From: Lingula anatina
Lineage: Eukaryota > Animalia > Brachiopoda
Assembly (NCBI GenBank): GCA_051362555.1
Contig: CM120643.1
Location: forward strand, 186,001-250,000
Direction of reading: 5' to 3'
DNA: 64,000 nt
Position 1 is the first letter of the stretch, and the number at the start of each line of letters is the position of its first letter. The notes beneath the pieces are model-generated. The model was not told where the DNA came from. It saw only the letters and a program-made list of their open reading frames with translations, and searched no databases. Shown here one piece after another: positions 14,389-27,400 of the stretch. Position numbers and translations under genes: made by a program.

Positions 14389-17300
14389 CACAAGTACATG
14401 TAGCTTTCGAGATACATGCAGTTCGTTTTCATTTTCAAATAAGAAGTAACACAGCAATTTATAACTACTAAACACTGACAGCAGACACGGGGCTATCGGC
14501 TACATGAGGCGACAAGATGTGGTTTGTCACGCACACAAATACCATTTCTTGACTTCTATGTGCAGGCTGGGGACATTTATATAGGTTCTAAAGATTCTTA
14601 TGGACATCTTTAACATAAATTTTGATGAACAGTCGAAGGTCTAAGATTTTATTTATTTATTTATGTATTTATTTTATTTATTTATTTATTTATTTCACAG
14701 GTTCCATGACGTAGACGGAGACAAATCATCCCAAGACCCCGGCCGCCTGGTCAAATCTCTTCATCCCAACCACCGCATGAAGCGCGGTTTCCTGGGGGGT
14801 ATAGGCAAGGCTGTGGGGGGTCTATTGAAGGGCGTGGTCAGCATAGGAGGCCTGTTACTAGGGAGAGGGAAAGCTGAGAAGGCGGCCACCAACTGGGATC
14901 CCCGGATGTACCAGTTTCAACTAGAGCAGCTGTGTCACTCTATCTGTGTCACCGAATGGACAGACTGGTCAGCTTGCTCCAATAGGCACGTATAGCATGG
15001 CTAAATAGATGGGTCAACGCCCTTTGAACCTGCAGCAGAGTAACGTCTCGGGAGTCTTTGAAACGGAGACATTTCAGGCCCGTAGCCAGAAATTGAAAAA
15101 AAAGGGGGGTCTTTTTCTGAAAATGTGGACTGTTTGTCATTAAACCTTAGTGTACCTAGATCAAATTTACCTAGAGTGGACCTTTTCCCGGCAAAAAGGG
15201 GGGTGGTCTTTCGAACCCCCGCACCCCCCCCCCTTCCCCCGGCTACGGGCCTGCATTTATATAAGCAAATGAATAAATAAATGTTGTATTTCAGGTGCGG
15301 CGGAGGCACGAGAACGAGAACACGAGAGCAGCAAACGATTGGTCGTTGTGCAGAGTTACAAAATTTTCAATGTGCCAAAAAACTGGAGGCGACCTCCCGG
15401 TGTAACGAGGACTGCGCTAATGGCGGCAGAGGAGACGGAAGTGGCAACTGCGCATGTCTGGTTGGGTGGAAAGGTCAATGCTGTGACGAAGGTGGGTACT
15501 CTTTCCATCTACTGAACATTGGCACTTAGAAGTCGTATGCTGTAAAATCTACAACAGACATCTTATACATTTTATAGAAATAGTTGAGAAATTGGTCAAA
15601 CCGCTATGTTTACTTCAGCTGAGCTTAAATTTTCGCCAAGAAGAAAATTAATAAATAATCAAAATAAAAATAAATAGATTTAAAAAAACGTCCACGGCCA
15701 AATATTGCTTTAAAGATGCTAAACGAGGCATCTCTCTCTCTCTCTGCAGTTATAGGCAAGGAAAAATTATCTCTTTAACCTATTTCAGAAATTGTTTGTC
15801 CTCATCCTCTAAAACCTGAAAACGGTCGCGTCACCGGAACTTGGCCTGCGCGCGTGCGCTCTGTGGCATCTTTCACGTGCAATGAAGGCTACCATTTGGC
15901 GGGAAGGGACTCCATCACGTGTCAGCCGGACGGGACGTGGAATGGAGAACCACCTAAATGTTCTCGTAAGTTCATGATATATCACTGATTCAGAAAAGCT
16001 CCTTAATAATCTCTCCCCCTCCTTTTTAAATGCTTATTCTTTATAATGATACATAACCATCTATATTCAAAAAAGCTTACCATTGGCTTCTTAACTACAA
16101 TTATTTCTGTTGTTTGCAGGGGTTGTATGCACGATGCCGGCGGCTAAAGACCACGTGGAAATCCTGAACGTCCAAGAGAAGTATGCGTTTGATGACCAGT
16201 TGGTCTACCGCTGCCAGGAGGGCTATCAGATGGTGGGTGCAGCCATCAGAACGTGCCAGCTTGACCAAGGGGACACTGGGAAATGGAGCGGGATTGACCC
16301 AATTTGTGATCGTTAGTTTCGTATCTATCTATTTTATATTGTGCATTGTTTCATTACATAATAGCTACGGTAAGATGCATCAATGTAATATAAACGTATT
16401 TAGGTCTGATGTCATAGAATCAAATATATGTTAACTTTATAAATGTAATAGTTAAAAACGATGCTAGGTTCCCTAAAAAGAAAAACGTAACTTTAATTGA
16501 TAAGAAAGCAATAGTTTCAAGTTTTCAGGTTTGATTTCATATCAAAATAAAGGTAATGGTAGTAAACCGTGTGTGCAGTGATCTCTGTGTGTTCCAGCGA
16601 TATCATGTGGTGACCCTGGTGTTCCTAGTCACGGCCAGAGAGACGGCACTGCGTTTTATTTCAATGATGTCGTCACCTTTACCTGCCAGACAGGCTACAA
16701 ACTGGAGGGGGCTGATAGAAGAAAGTGCATGGCTACCGGAACGTGGTCCGGGTCTACACCAGTCTGTAAAGGTGAGACACCACTAAAACATGGACTGTAA
16801 ATACACTATATGCATTGGCCTGAGTCATGCAATGAGCATATCAGTGGAAGGGTTGTTATGTCAGTAGTAAAATGCTATTGACATTCAACGTTATGTACTC
16901 AATTAAAAAAAAAGAGAGCACATTTTATCTTTTTAAAGAAGGCATTAACAAGCTGTGTTGTGTCTTCTGTAATGTGCAAACGATCAGTTTCCTTATGTTA
17001 ACTGCTTGAAATGGTTTCTGTGGAAAATGTAATACATGTACTAGTGGGTGAAATAGCGTCTAAATAGAGTCTAAGGCTCTATTCCCATAGATTTTAGATC
17101 GATCTATCCCCGCGGGGAGTCTCACTAGATTACTTTCAGATAATCCGACTAAAATGTCCGTCCCGCCTACTACAAGCTGTAAGGGTGTAATTAACTTTCG
17201 TGTCCGCCCGGCTGACAGCTATTTAGCGTGAACCCCCAGGGAGTAAGGTCGACCTAAAGTAGGTCAATCTAATCTATGGAAATGGGGTGTAAGGGTTGCA

Positions 17301-20300
17301 TGATATGGTGCAAGTAGCACTTTCAGTATGAGGACGCTTAGCCCATTAAAACGAAACAAATATTCTGCTTCAAATTTTTATTTTCTTTCCCTGCAGAGAT
17401 AAAATGCGACGCCCCCAGAAGGCCGAAAAACGGAGAAATCATTGGAAGCCGCTACACCTTTGGGTCAATTGTGACGTTTGAGTGTGACGCGGGTCACGTG
17501 ATCCAGGGGTCCCATGCTATCAAGTGTCTTGAGACAGGGTTTTGGAACGCCACAGAACCTCGTTGTCAAGGTAACTGCCCTGAATTCGTTCTTTCAAGGT
17601 GTCTGTAAGTTAACTTATTAAATATACGACCTCCAGTTGATGCTGGGAAACGGGTTTATAAAACATGATCAATTCAAGACAAGCACAGTTTAGACTTAGG
17701 TAAGGATCTGTTGTACACATCGAAATCTCTTTTACAGCTGCAAGTTGTGGTAACCCAGGGCAACCTGCCAACGGCGCCAAAGATGGCAGTGTATATTACT
17801 ACCCTAGCAACATCACCTACAGCTGTTTCCATGGTTACGTGCTGGTTGGCACCAAGTCCATCAAATGTAAGGCTGATGGTAAATGGAGCGGTTCAGTTCC
17901 CACATGTGAAGGTGAGTGCCTGAAGGGGCAAGGGGAGGGGGGGGGGGTAGGGCTGTGTGTAGAATGTGTGTGGGGAAGGTAGGTTTGTCAAAAATACAGC
18001 TGTTACAACCTGGAGTTTTCTTAAACTGGCAGATAGCGAGTTAAATAATTCACTTATACAGGTACTTGTATTAGTTATCAGTGAGAGGTATTTAAAATTA
18101 TGATTCAAATTTAAGATAACTATACATACGCGCAATATACTGGGCACTAGTAGGCAAAAACAGCTCCAGTGAAAATAATAATAATAAAAGTAATAGGAAA
18201 CTGACCTAAGATTTATGATAGGCCTATGTCTCCATTTCCAGCCTGTCCGATAAATACGTACATGCCGAGTGGGTCTAAGACATGTTCTCCATGCCCTGCT
18301 AACACCCACACCCTTACTGAGGCCAGCACCAGCCAGGACCAGTGTGTTTGTGATGACGGCTACTCCGGCCCTGCAGGGGGGCCTTGTCAAGGTGAGAGAA
18401 CGTACTTCTTAATTTGGACCACGAATTTTTTCCGCGGTTGTTGATGTCAGCTATAACGGATATCTTACTCGAGCGTTCTTATAAAGTTCACTTCATTCAT
18501 CAGCTTTTCTTTTTGGTAGAGGTGAAATGCCCTCCGTTATCCCAGCCAGACCATGGTACCAGCTCAGCTTGCGGTGATCGCCCTGGTGACGTGTGTGAGT
18601 TTCGCTGTGATGATGGCTACATCATGGAGAAAGGCAGCGCAATGAGGACCTGTCAGGGCAACGGGCAGTGGGACGGCACCGACGCCACTTGTGCTCGTAA
18701 GTCAATTTATTTATTTATGTTGTGTTAATGTTTTAGCTTCAGTCTTGTATTCTAATGGAGTGTTTGCATGTTTGAATATTAACACAAGACAAACTTACTG
18801 GTGGGTGTTTCAAAACAGCTCACGTGCGCCCTCGTTAATCTCAGATCTAGACAAAATGCGTTGGACAGCGAGTATTGATTGCTGGAAGGTTAAGATGGAT
18901 GGCATCCTTTTGTCATTTCAATGCTATTAAATATTTGTTTATTTCCCCAGCCTGTCTCCAGAACACGTACAAGTCAGATGAGAGAAGTTGTCTACCGTGC
19001 CCCGTACACTCTCACACTGATGGAGTAGCGAACATGAAGAGCGGCTGTACGTGTGACGCTGGCTACACAGGGAACGCGGGCGGACCATGCACAGGTAGGA
19101 AATAAGGATGAGCTGTAATCTGGTATTACAGACCAGCCTAGCACCACGAATAGGCTACTAAGTATTTCGAATAAAACCACTGCGGTCGGGTTTATCAATC
19201 CGACGAAAACATTTCTCATATAAAAAGCACATTCTACATCAAATATAATATTAATCAGTTTAGTTATAGGATTAATAATTTAATGAATTATTTATTGTTG
19301 ATACTATTCTTATGTGTAAGGATTAATTGCAAATGTAGAGTATCCATTAACTGAGTGCGGTTGAAGTGGTTCCATCTTTAGGTCTATGTGCAGGTTCAAG
19401 TTCACGTTTTCTAATTTCCTACAGACATAGACGAGTGCGCACCAAACGGAGGCCGGGGTCCGTGCGATGACGTATGCGACAACAACGACGGCGGTTACAA
19501 GTGCAGCTGTTCTATTCAGGGATACGGGATAAGCCCTGAAAACAAACACGTTTGTGTCGGTAAGTTTTCAAAATGTCAGTGTCTGATTCAAAATGGTATT
19601 CATATTATTCCTTTCTATTGGAAGAAGTTATTTTAAAGCCATTGAAAACAAAGTTCCTGGCCTATCTCGCACACATGCCTATATTTGCAGTGTTGCCTGC
19701 AAACCCAAAACATGTCATGGAACGCTTAAGTTTTACGTATTTTATTTTTGAACAGTGTAATAATACCCTTCACCAGGGTGGCAGATTATGTAGGGAAAGG
19801 CCACAGAGCCAAATGACTGTCTGTTTATCTAGAGCCATATCTGTGAATATCTGTGAAAAATCAAATTGTCGCCCTGGTAGAGGGTAGGGTAGTAACACCA
19901 TATCGGCAATTCAATAACAAGAATTGTAATATTTTCAGTGGAGCAGCAGTGCAGAAACCTGACGACAGAGGACGCCCCCCTCAATGGTGGTCTGGTTTGC
20001 CACTGGTACAGGGAACAGAATTCTCAGCAGTGCAGCGTGAAATGTAACAAAGACTACGAGTTCCCATCCAGGATCAACGACTACGAGTCATGTGGACCGT
20101 CCACGGGGTTTATCTGGTCTCATCAACAGGAAGATCCGGAGAACACCTTCAAACCTTGCTTAGGTTGGTACGGGGAACTATGCCTGCGTTATGTGTCGTT
20201 GACAGATATTTTAACATTGTATTCATTCAATTCATAAGCATACTGCAGCTAGTATATTGGTGATGAAAGCAAACTCACGTAAATTGTTTAAAACAAAAAA

Positions 20301-22066
20301 AAACAGGGTCTGATTATTCAGATCAGTACGCTGTGTTTAGGTCTGTTTTCCACGGGTTAGAATTTTGGTACACTTAATGTTGCACTAACTAATTTGCAGT
20401 AAGTTATGTAATTGAAAAGTCTGCTCTTAATGAGTGCATGTTCAAGAAAATCGGATGATATGTTTTGTTTTATCTTATCCATTTACTTTCCAAAATTATT
20501 GAATAAATATACTTACATGTGGCGCTCACCACATTCGTATGACTTGCTGAACTTACTATAAGGTCATGTTCATCTCTTTTAGAACAATTCTTCCCTGACT
20601 TCCGGTTGGAGGCAGAGTCTGCCTACTTCGTCCGCGCCTGTAACGATCTCACTCCCGAGGAGCGGCTTGCTGTGCGCCAGGAGTTCGCTGATAAACTCAC
20701 AGCGGAAGGAATCTGCCTAAAACGCACCACCAAAGTCTGCGACGTCGCAAACGTGGATATCATTTGTGGCAGAACCACTAGACGGCGACGAAGGCGCGGA
20801 GTGGACGAGGTAGTTGAGTCCGTCGATTTCTCCTTTAACTTGACCGCCAAAAAGATGTTCAACGAAACTAAAGACTGCGATAAGATCTGTCAATTTTTAC
20901 GTATCCCAGACGCCTTTTGTTCCGAACTTTGCTTCCCGACTTTCCGCCGCTTTATGAGGGCCACCATGTTGTATGCCAAAAGGCAGTTAACCCAGAAATT
21001 CTCCAATGAAAAAAACAGGATGAAATTCATGGCGGCGAGGAGAGAGTTCGAGCCAGACGATGTCAAGACAAGCGACGTAGTAGTAGCGTGTGAAGAGGGC
21101 ATGAGAGCCGCGAATGAAACTTGTGGTTAGTATGTTTGACCGTTTTAAGAGAATAGGTATCATTTCATAAAAGGCATACTCCCTATAAACACATTTCGTT
21201 TTTAATATCTGTTTGTTTATTTATTGATTTATTTGATGAGTGAATAGAAGGGCATTAACTACTCTCATGTTCTAAAATACTGACCCAATGTTTTAAACAT
21301 ATACCGTTCTTGTTGCTTGTTTGCTTGTTTGCAAAAATCCTCGTCTGTAAGCCTGACAACACGTAGGTAATGTAAGACGATGTTCCTACTTGCAGTGCCT
21401 TGCCAGCCGGGGACGTACCTGGACAAAGGTGTTAACGATTGTCTGCCGTGTTCATCAGGGCAGTTCCAGCCCCTAGAAAGACAACTCCAGTGCCTACCGT
21501 GCCCTGTAGGAACCACAACTAAGAGCCCAGGTGCCCGGATGTGCTCTGGTGAGTGGGCTGCTGTTGGCATATTGCATGATGTAATAGATATAGAGTTGTC
21601 GTAAAGTTTAGTCATGTAAAGTTTCGTCTTCTGTAGCTGATTGAAATCATTGGCATTTGTTCTCACACAGACCTTATAAACAAGAGTTCGTTTGTTTTAC
21701 AAGTAAGATAGTATGAAGTCAACACTGAGGTCCAAAGTCAGTTATCTAGATGTCTAGAACCACTTTATCTTGTCAATTAACAATCACGATGTCGTTTGAA
21801 GTCAATGTTTTGTGTCCCCAGTCTGCCCAGATGGAAGCTATGGTGACAACTGTCAAGAGACGTGTGACTGTGTTAACGGCCGCTGTGACCCCAGGAATGG
21901 AAGCTGTCTGTGTCACAGTGGCTGGGAGGGGGCCAGGTGTGAAGTTGGTGAGTATTGGCTTGATAAATAGTATGTAGGTTTGGTGTTTTTGTAGTCAAAT
22001 ATGCCAGTACATGCATTGGGTATAACCTTCATCATCATCGTCATCATCGTCATCATCATCATCTAT

Positions 22067-22105
<39 letters not shown>

Positions 22106-22327
22106 CCGCCTGTAGTTTTATAGATATACACTTGCATGCAGCATCTACACTAGAAGTATACAAGAAGCCATGTTATAATTCCAGATGTTCCTGGCTGCCG
22201 GGAAGGTTCCTGTTACCAAGGTGTACAATGTATAGACATCCCTGCCCCCGGGCTTGGCTTTAGGTGTGAATCTTGCCCCCCGGGAATGCTGGGAGACGGT
22301 GCGTCATGTCGAGCAGGTAGTTCATGA
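13930..22327 (+). CDS. G2: secreted SVEP1-like mosaic proprotein (SP, acidic pro, RMKR, amphipathic peptide, TSP1, EGF, 5 CCP, GCC, CCP, GCC, cbEGF, sushi-like, SEA-like with poly-Arg, GCC, 2 EGF)
   Basis: Exons: 13930-14069 (MAPRLSLAVFILVALAAASQA), 14701-14985 (GC donor), 15295-15491, 15789-15965, 16120-16311, 16598-16771, 17397-17570, 17738-17911, 18242-18391, 18520-18696, 18951-19094, 19425-19559, 19939-20163, 20583-21125, 21396-21548, 21822-21947, 22185-22327. AATAAA cluster ~22535-22548; probable 5' UTR exon ending ~13215. Confidence 0.87.
14350..14386. repeat. (CA)n microsatellite
   Basis: Seen directly. Confidence 0.95.
15075..15253. mobile_element. MITE (non-autonomous DNA transposon) in G2 intron
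   Basis: TIRs CAGGCCCGTAGCC / GGCTACGGGCCTG; 5-bp direct repeat CATTT on both flanks. Confidence 0.8.
17075..17289. mobile_element. Possible old PIF/Harbinger-like MITE
   Basis: Imperfect TIRs (ggctctattcccatagatt... / ...aatctatggaaatggggtg) flanked by TAA on both sides. Confidence 0.45.
22029..22102. repeat. (TCA)n plus (CT)n(CA)n compound microsatellite
   Basis: Seen directly. Confidence 0.9.
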
Positions 22328-23662
22328 GGACACAAAAACCTCTGTCACCAAAGACAGCAATTGTGTACCGGAAAACAGAAAATATTGTCATAATATGTGT
22401 CATAAGACTCCAAAACATTCCATAGTAAAGAGCGTCATGTTGTATATGTGTAAATGTCACAGCATGACAAAATGTGACCAAGTGTGACTTTTCTTTATCT
22501 GCATTATCAGTTTGACAGTGTTTTTAATTACCATAATAAATAAATAAAATTATAGAGAAAATATAATCGTATGTTTTGTATTGTTTCATCCTAAAATGAT
22601 ATATTTTGATAATATCAGATAACATGTATACCACAGGTAATAGAAATACGACGTATACGTCCTAGGCATCTGCAGCCGCCTCCTTTTTTAATCATTTCAT
22701 GTGGTTGTAATGTAGGACCCCGCCATTCTGGGGTCAAGATTTTGGTTTCAAAAGTCCCTGCTTAGGCTTAATTAATGCCATGTAATTACGTTCAATGTAT
22801 GTAATATCAGTGTTTTACTTGCATTCAATTTATTTAATGGTAATGTTTTATATAATGACTTTGAATGACCTTGAAACCTTTTTTTTCCACGTTTTAGTAA
22901 GTTGCCGTAAGGCAGCCATTTTATTATCAATAAATTCTCATGCTATTTACCATTCTTAAAAGGAAACAACCGCAAGGAAATAGTTAACTTCAGTTATTGA
23001 AAATGACATTCATGATTTTAAATGTCAGATTACTTTAAATCCCACCTATTTATTATAGTGAATAAGACAAAAATTCTCAATTACGGAGTCATGCATTTTA
23101 TTATACCACAATATCTGCACTGTAGGCGATTCGTATAATTATGTGCACTGTACACGTTATATTGTTTATTGGGTTTGTCATTGTCCATTAGTAGCATGTG
23201 CTTACCATCGTATTAACAAGTTTTCCATCATTTAGAGGACCCTGTTTTTAAATACCAAATAGGCTATAAATCCTGGAGTTAATTGCAAGTCCCTGTAACA
23301 ACTCTCATTTTACAACTAAACCCAACTCAACTCATCCTTTTCATTTTTATCTGCGCTGTATCAGTTAATACAGGCCAGCAAATGCAAGGACTTTAACGTG
23401 TCTTCAAAAGTGTTGAGGGAAATTAAGTGCGGGTTTAAAATACATAAAGAACGTTTACAGGCAGATTATCCGTCATCAAATAACTCCTGTTCATCGCCGT
23501 TGGCATTATTCATCAAAGTGAAGTCATTACTAAAGGCTCACTCAGTCTCTCATTATCAGGTTCAAGTTGTGATTTTTAAACGCAGCGAGCGATAAATTGT
23601 TAAGCATAAGACGTTAAGGGCATACTCTTTTCTTTATAGTCCTACTGCAAAACCGCAAGTTA

Positions 23663-23674
23663 GGGAAATTTCCC
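23663..23674. promoter_or_regulatory. Palindromic NF-kB/Rel-like site GGGAAATTTCCC
   Basis: Motif match only; lies between the convergent 3' ends of G2 and G3. Confidence 0.3.
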
Positions 23675-24483
23675 AAATTAAAGTCGTTAGTTTAAATGAG
23701 AAACATTATTAGGTGAGCTGCTCACATACACCTGCAACTGACATCAAGAAAACTAGATGCCCAGAAATTTCAGTAGAGAAACAGAAATTTGGTGCGATTT
23801 CTTAAAATCCAGCTACGAACTCTACTCTGAACTCCGAACTTTACTTATCTTCAGATCTGAGAGCAGCAGTAGGACGGATAAGCGACTCGGAAGAGGGTGT
23901 GGAACAAAGATACACTTGTTCAAAGCTCTCAATGATAACATTACTGGGGGATGATTCAACAGCTACCTTTATATAATCAACGATGGAATTTTCACAATTC
24001 AGTTAAATTAATCTTTCCGCCGTGAAATGTCAAACAAGGCACAGGTCCACTGATAACAGTAAAAATATACTTAACACTGCATTGAAATCAAAACATTTGG
24101 GTATGAATACATACAGTCTATTTATTTTGGAACCATATCAAAGAAGGACACCCTTAAAGGAAACGAAGTACAGATGCACCAATAGTACAAACGCTAAAGG
24201 TCAACAACACCTGGCAAAATATAGCAAGCGAAGAAAATTTATATCCAAAAAAACTAAAACATTTGACCTAACTGTTGTTTCTAATTTGATACATTTACGT
24301 ACTTGTAAAAAGTATAACAGCCAAAGGCAGGATTAACATTTTTACTCGTTTTCATAAGGATGCCCCAGTACAAAATATTTAGTAGGTGATATTCCTATCT
24401 TTACACTGCCCTGTGTCACAATTTGACACCCCCTCCCATACCCGCCCCCCTTCTGGAATATAACACAGACTGCCTGCATCAAT

Positions 24484-27400
24484 TTACTTTAATGATAAAA
24501 GAGACGAAATGTCATCTTCGTTTTCATTTATACTATCCATTAGTTCCCCAACGTGTTTTATGAAGTCGAAGATGATCTTGAATAACGGGCTACAGTCAGA
24601 TGCTCCAGATAGAGAGAGAAATCCGCGCGGACATGGCAGGCAGAATGTTTGTTGAGTCTCGATTTGGAACGTTCCTGGCGGGCATTTGTGACAGGTGGAG
24701 CCCCCTGGTGGCAGATACCTGCCTGCAGGACATGGGACTGAAAATGAAAGATGAACATAGTTTAAATAAAATATAACATATATCAAATAACTATAAAGAG
24801 GTATACACATGTTTAAGTAACAGAACAAACGATATAGTCTGTGTATGGTCATTGGCATAGAAGCCTGTTGTTGAAATCTGTAAAACCAGTGTCTAGTTGT
24901 GCATTTGGTTTGACCACAACGAATTTCCTTAAACCATTAATGCAAAATAAGCACAGTTGATCAACAAATGCTTAATATTAGAAGTTGATTTATTCAATTT
25001 CATGTTAATTTCCACTCTTGCTCATCTTTCAAATAAACAGGATATTCTCTAATCATTTTCCAGAACCCGGGCCTATCCCAAACTGTCTAATTTCCACAAT
25101 TTGACAGATCCCGGACACAGTTAGGTGAAATAAATTTTCCTCGTAATAATAAATCTGCCTGACTTCAAATGATGGACCAGAAACAAATGAAAATAGAAAG
25201 TGACAGAGGAAGAGCTAGCCCCAGCATGTTAAGAGAGTTCCTGCCGAGAGTTAAAATCCACAGTTCTATAACAGCTAGCTACATGTACCTGATGCAAGTG
25301 TCTCCTCAGATACTCTTTGCATATAGAGAATGGAAATGATAAAATACGACTAACTTAAAGGGATAATAACTCTTCCTTTTGGCCAAAAAATGAATTTTCC
25401 TGGAGTAAACAACAATTCTCCCATACTTACCAATGGTTAATGAATCCATTTTTACATTCAGAGTTAGTCCCTGTTTTTTTCTAAAAAGTTTGGTTTTTTG
25501 TTAAAATCTCTTAAGAGATTATAACAGAGTACAGCCATCAGTGGAGGTCACGTGATCTGAAGACAAGCTCAGATATCAGAATAATAGCTATAACTGCCGT
25601 TTTTGTGGTAAAACAGAATATATTATATTTCTATGAGTTGTTCGCAATGTTTTTATTGTGAAATATAGATATCATACGAAGAGTTATTATCCCTTTAACT
25701 AAGTTAAAAAAAGGATTTTTGTTCCTTTCATTTAGTTTTTTGCTTAATGCGTGGCAATTTCAAGGTCACCTCTCAAAGTTGTTGGAATTCATGCACACAG
25801 ACGACTTTTTCTGGGTTGCTCACGTGTACAATGTATGATTGACTAAAACACCGCATCCAGGCATGCTAACAGCCCTTGATCCTGCTCAGACTCGCACCAG
25901 TTGCATAAACAAAATTGTGACCAACACTTGACAGAGTCCAAAACAAAACATTTTGGTAGCATTGTTAACCTCATCCTTAACGAAAGTTTATCGCACGTTG
26001 CCAACAGACATAGGCCTTGACCCCTAGATGTCAATTCCGATGCAATGTATTTTTCATACCAAGACAGGAAATGGCCGCTTATCGTAGCAAAAACACGCAA
26101 CCTCTTTTGAATATCTACGTCCTTACTTAAAGATGTGTTAAACTAAGGTGTGTTTGCATGACACGGATCTAAACATTGACGTGCCTTGCTATAGCTCTAG
26201 ATCTTATGTTGTCTCGGGCTGTGTACGTTTGCGTTTGGATATACAGAACATAAGTACTCTGGCCCATAAACGGTTCGTCACTAGCTATAGATGCTGACCA
26301 AGTCTTTAGTTTCAAAGTTAACTCATGCTCTCCCCAAACTGATAAATTCAATTTACCTACAAGTAAGAGCAATGTGATGAAGGGTCATTAGAATATACTG
26401 AGTATATAAAAATAATGGTCAAATGCATCTTTGAGTGTAATAACTTTGAGTATATTTTAATGTCGAACATGATCATAAAAGTGGGTACTCACCACAGGTT
26501 GTCCCGCGTACTTCCATACCATCTTCACAAGACACCAACATATTCTTGTCCATCTTGAAACTGTTTGGCACCGGATTCAGTACCAAAGTTCCAATCTTCA
26601 GCACTGGTGTTGGATAAGGCGCTTCTGTGACATTTGCCGCTGTTTCATTGATTTGAGAACCAACTGGGCTGAATATATTCTGAACTTCTTTCTGCTGGCT
26701 GTTCATCATATTCTCCGTCTCTGACATGTATCCTTGGGCGCATTCGTCACAGTTTTCAGAGCCATTACAATACTTGGTACAGTCTAAATCAATTGAGGGC
26801 TTCTGATGTGTTTTAATCTTAAATCTGAACTTCAGAATATTGCCAGACGTGTCACGTTTACGAACACCACCAAAGGAATACTGAGGACCGCATTCAATTT
26901 GGACGTCCGAGATATTACAAACAGAGACGCCATTTTGTTTGCAGACACCCCTTTGTTCTAAAATGTCAACCAAAGCTTGCTTTGCTTCTCTACGCTGAGT
27001 AAAAGTAAGAGACACACAGTCGTCAACAAAGTACGTTATTTCTGCCTCTAGTTCCACTCCAGGAAAGAATTGCTCTGCAATTAAATAATCGTCACAATTA
27101 TGAAAGTATTGAAGAACAAACAAAGTGAAATTAATTATTGTGGAAATATGAATTCTGTAATAAGAAAATGAGTGACAAAATATTTTTTTTTCTTAAATAA
27201 TATTGTCTTCATTATTTCATAATTGTATACAAAAGCAGTGCAAATAAATAAGTTGTGAGCTAACGGGAACCACAAGAAGTTGATTTTAACTAATCTTTCT
27301 TATCGAATGTAAGTTTTTGACCAAAGGACTCAAGGCTATATCCGCACTGTAATTGTCTTAAAGCACATTTCTTGTCTAATCACCAAAGTCACCAAAGCTC

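Noticed and set aside
23398-24336. Short ORFs between G2 and G3
   Set aside because: No recognisable motifs or convincing splice context; likely UTR or intergenic
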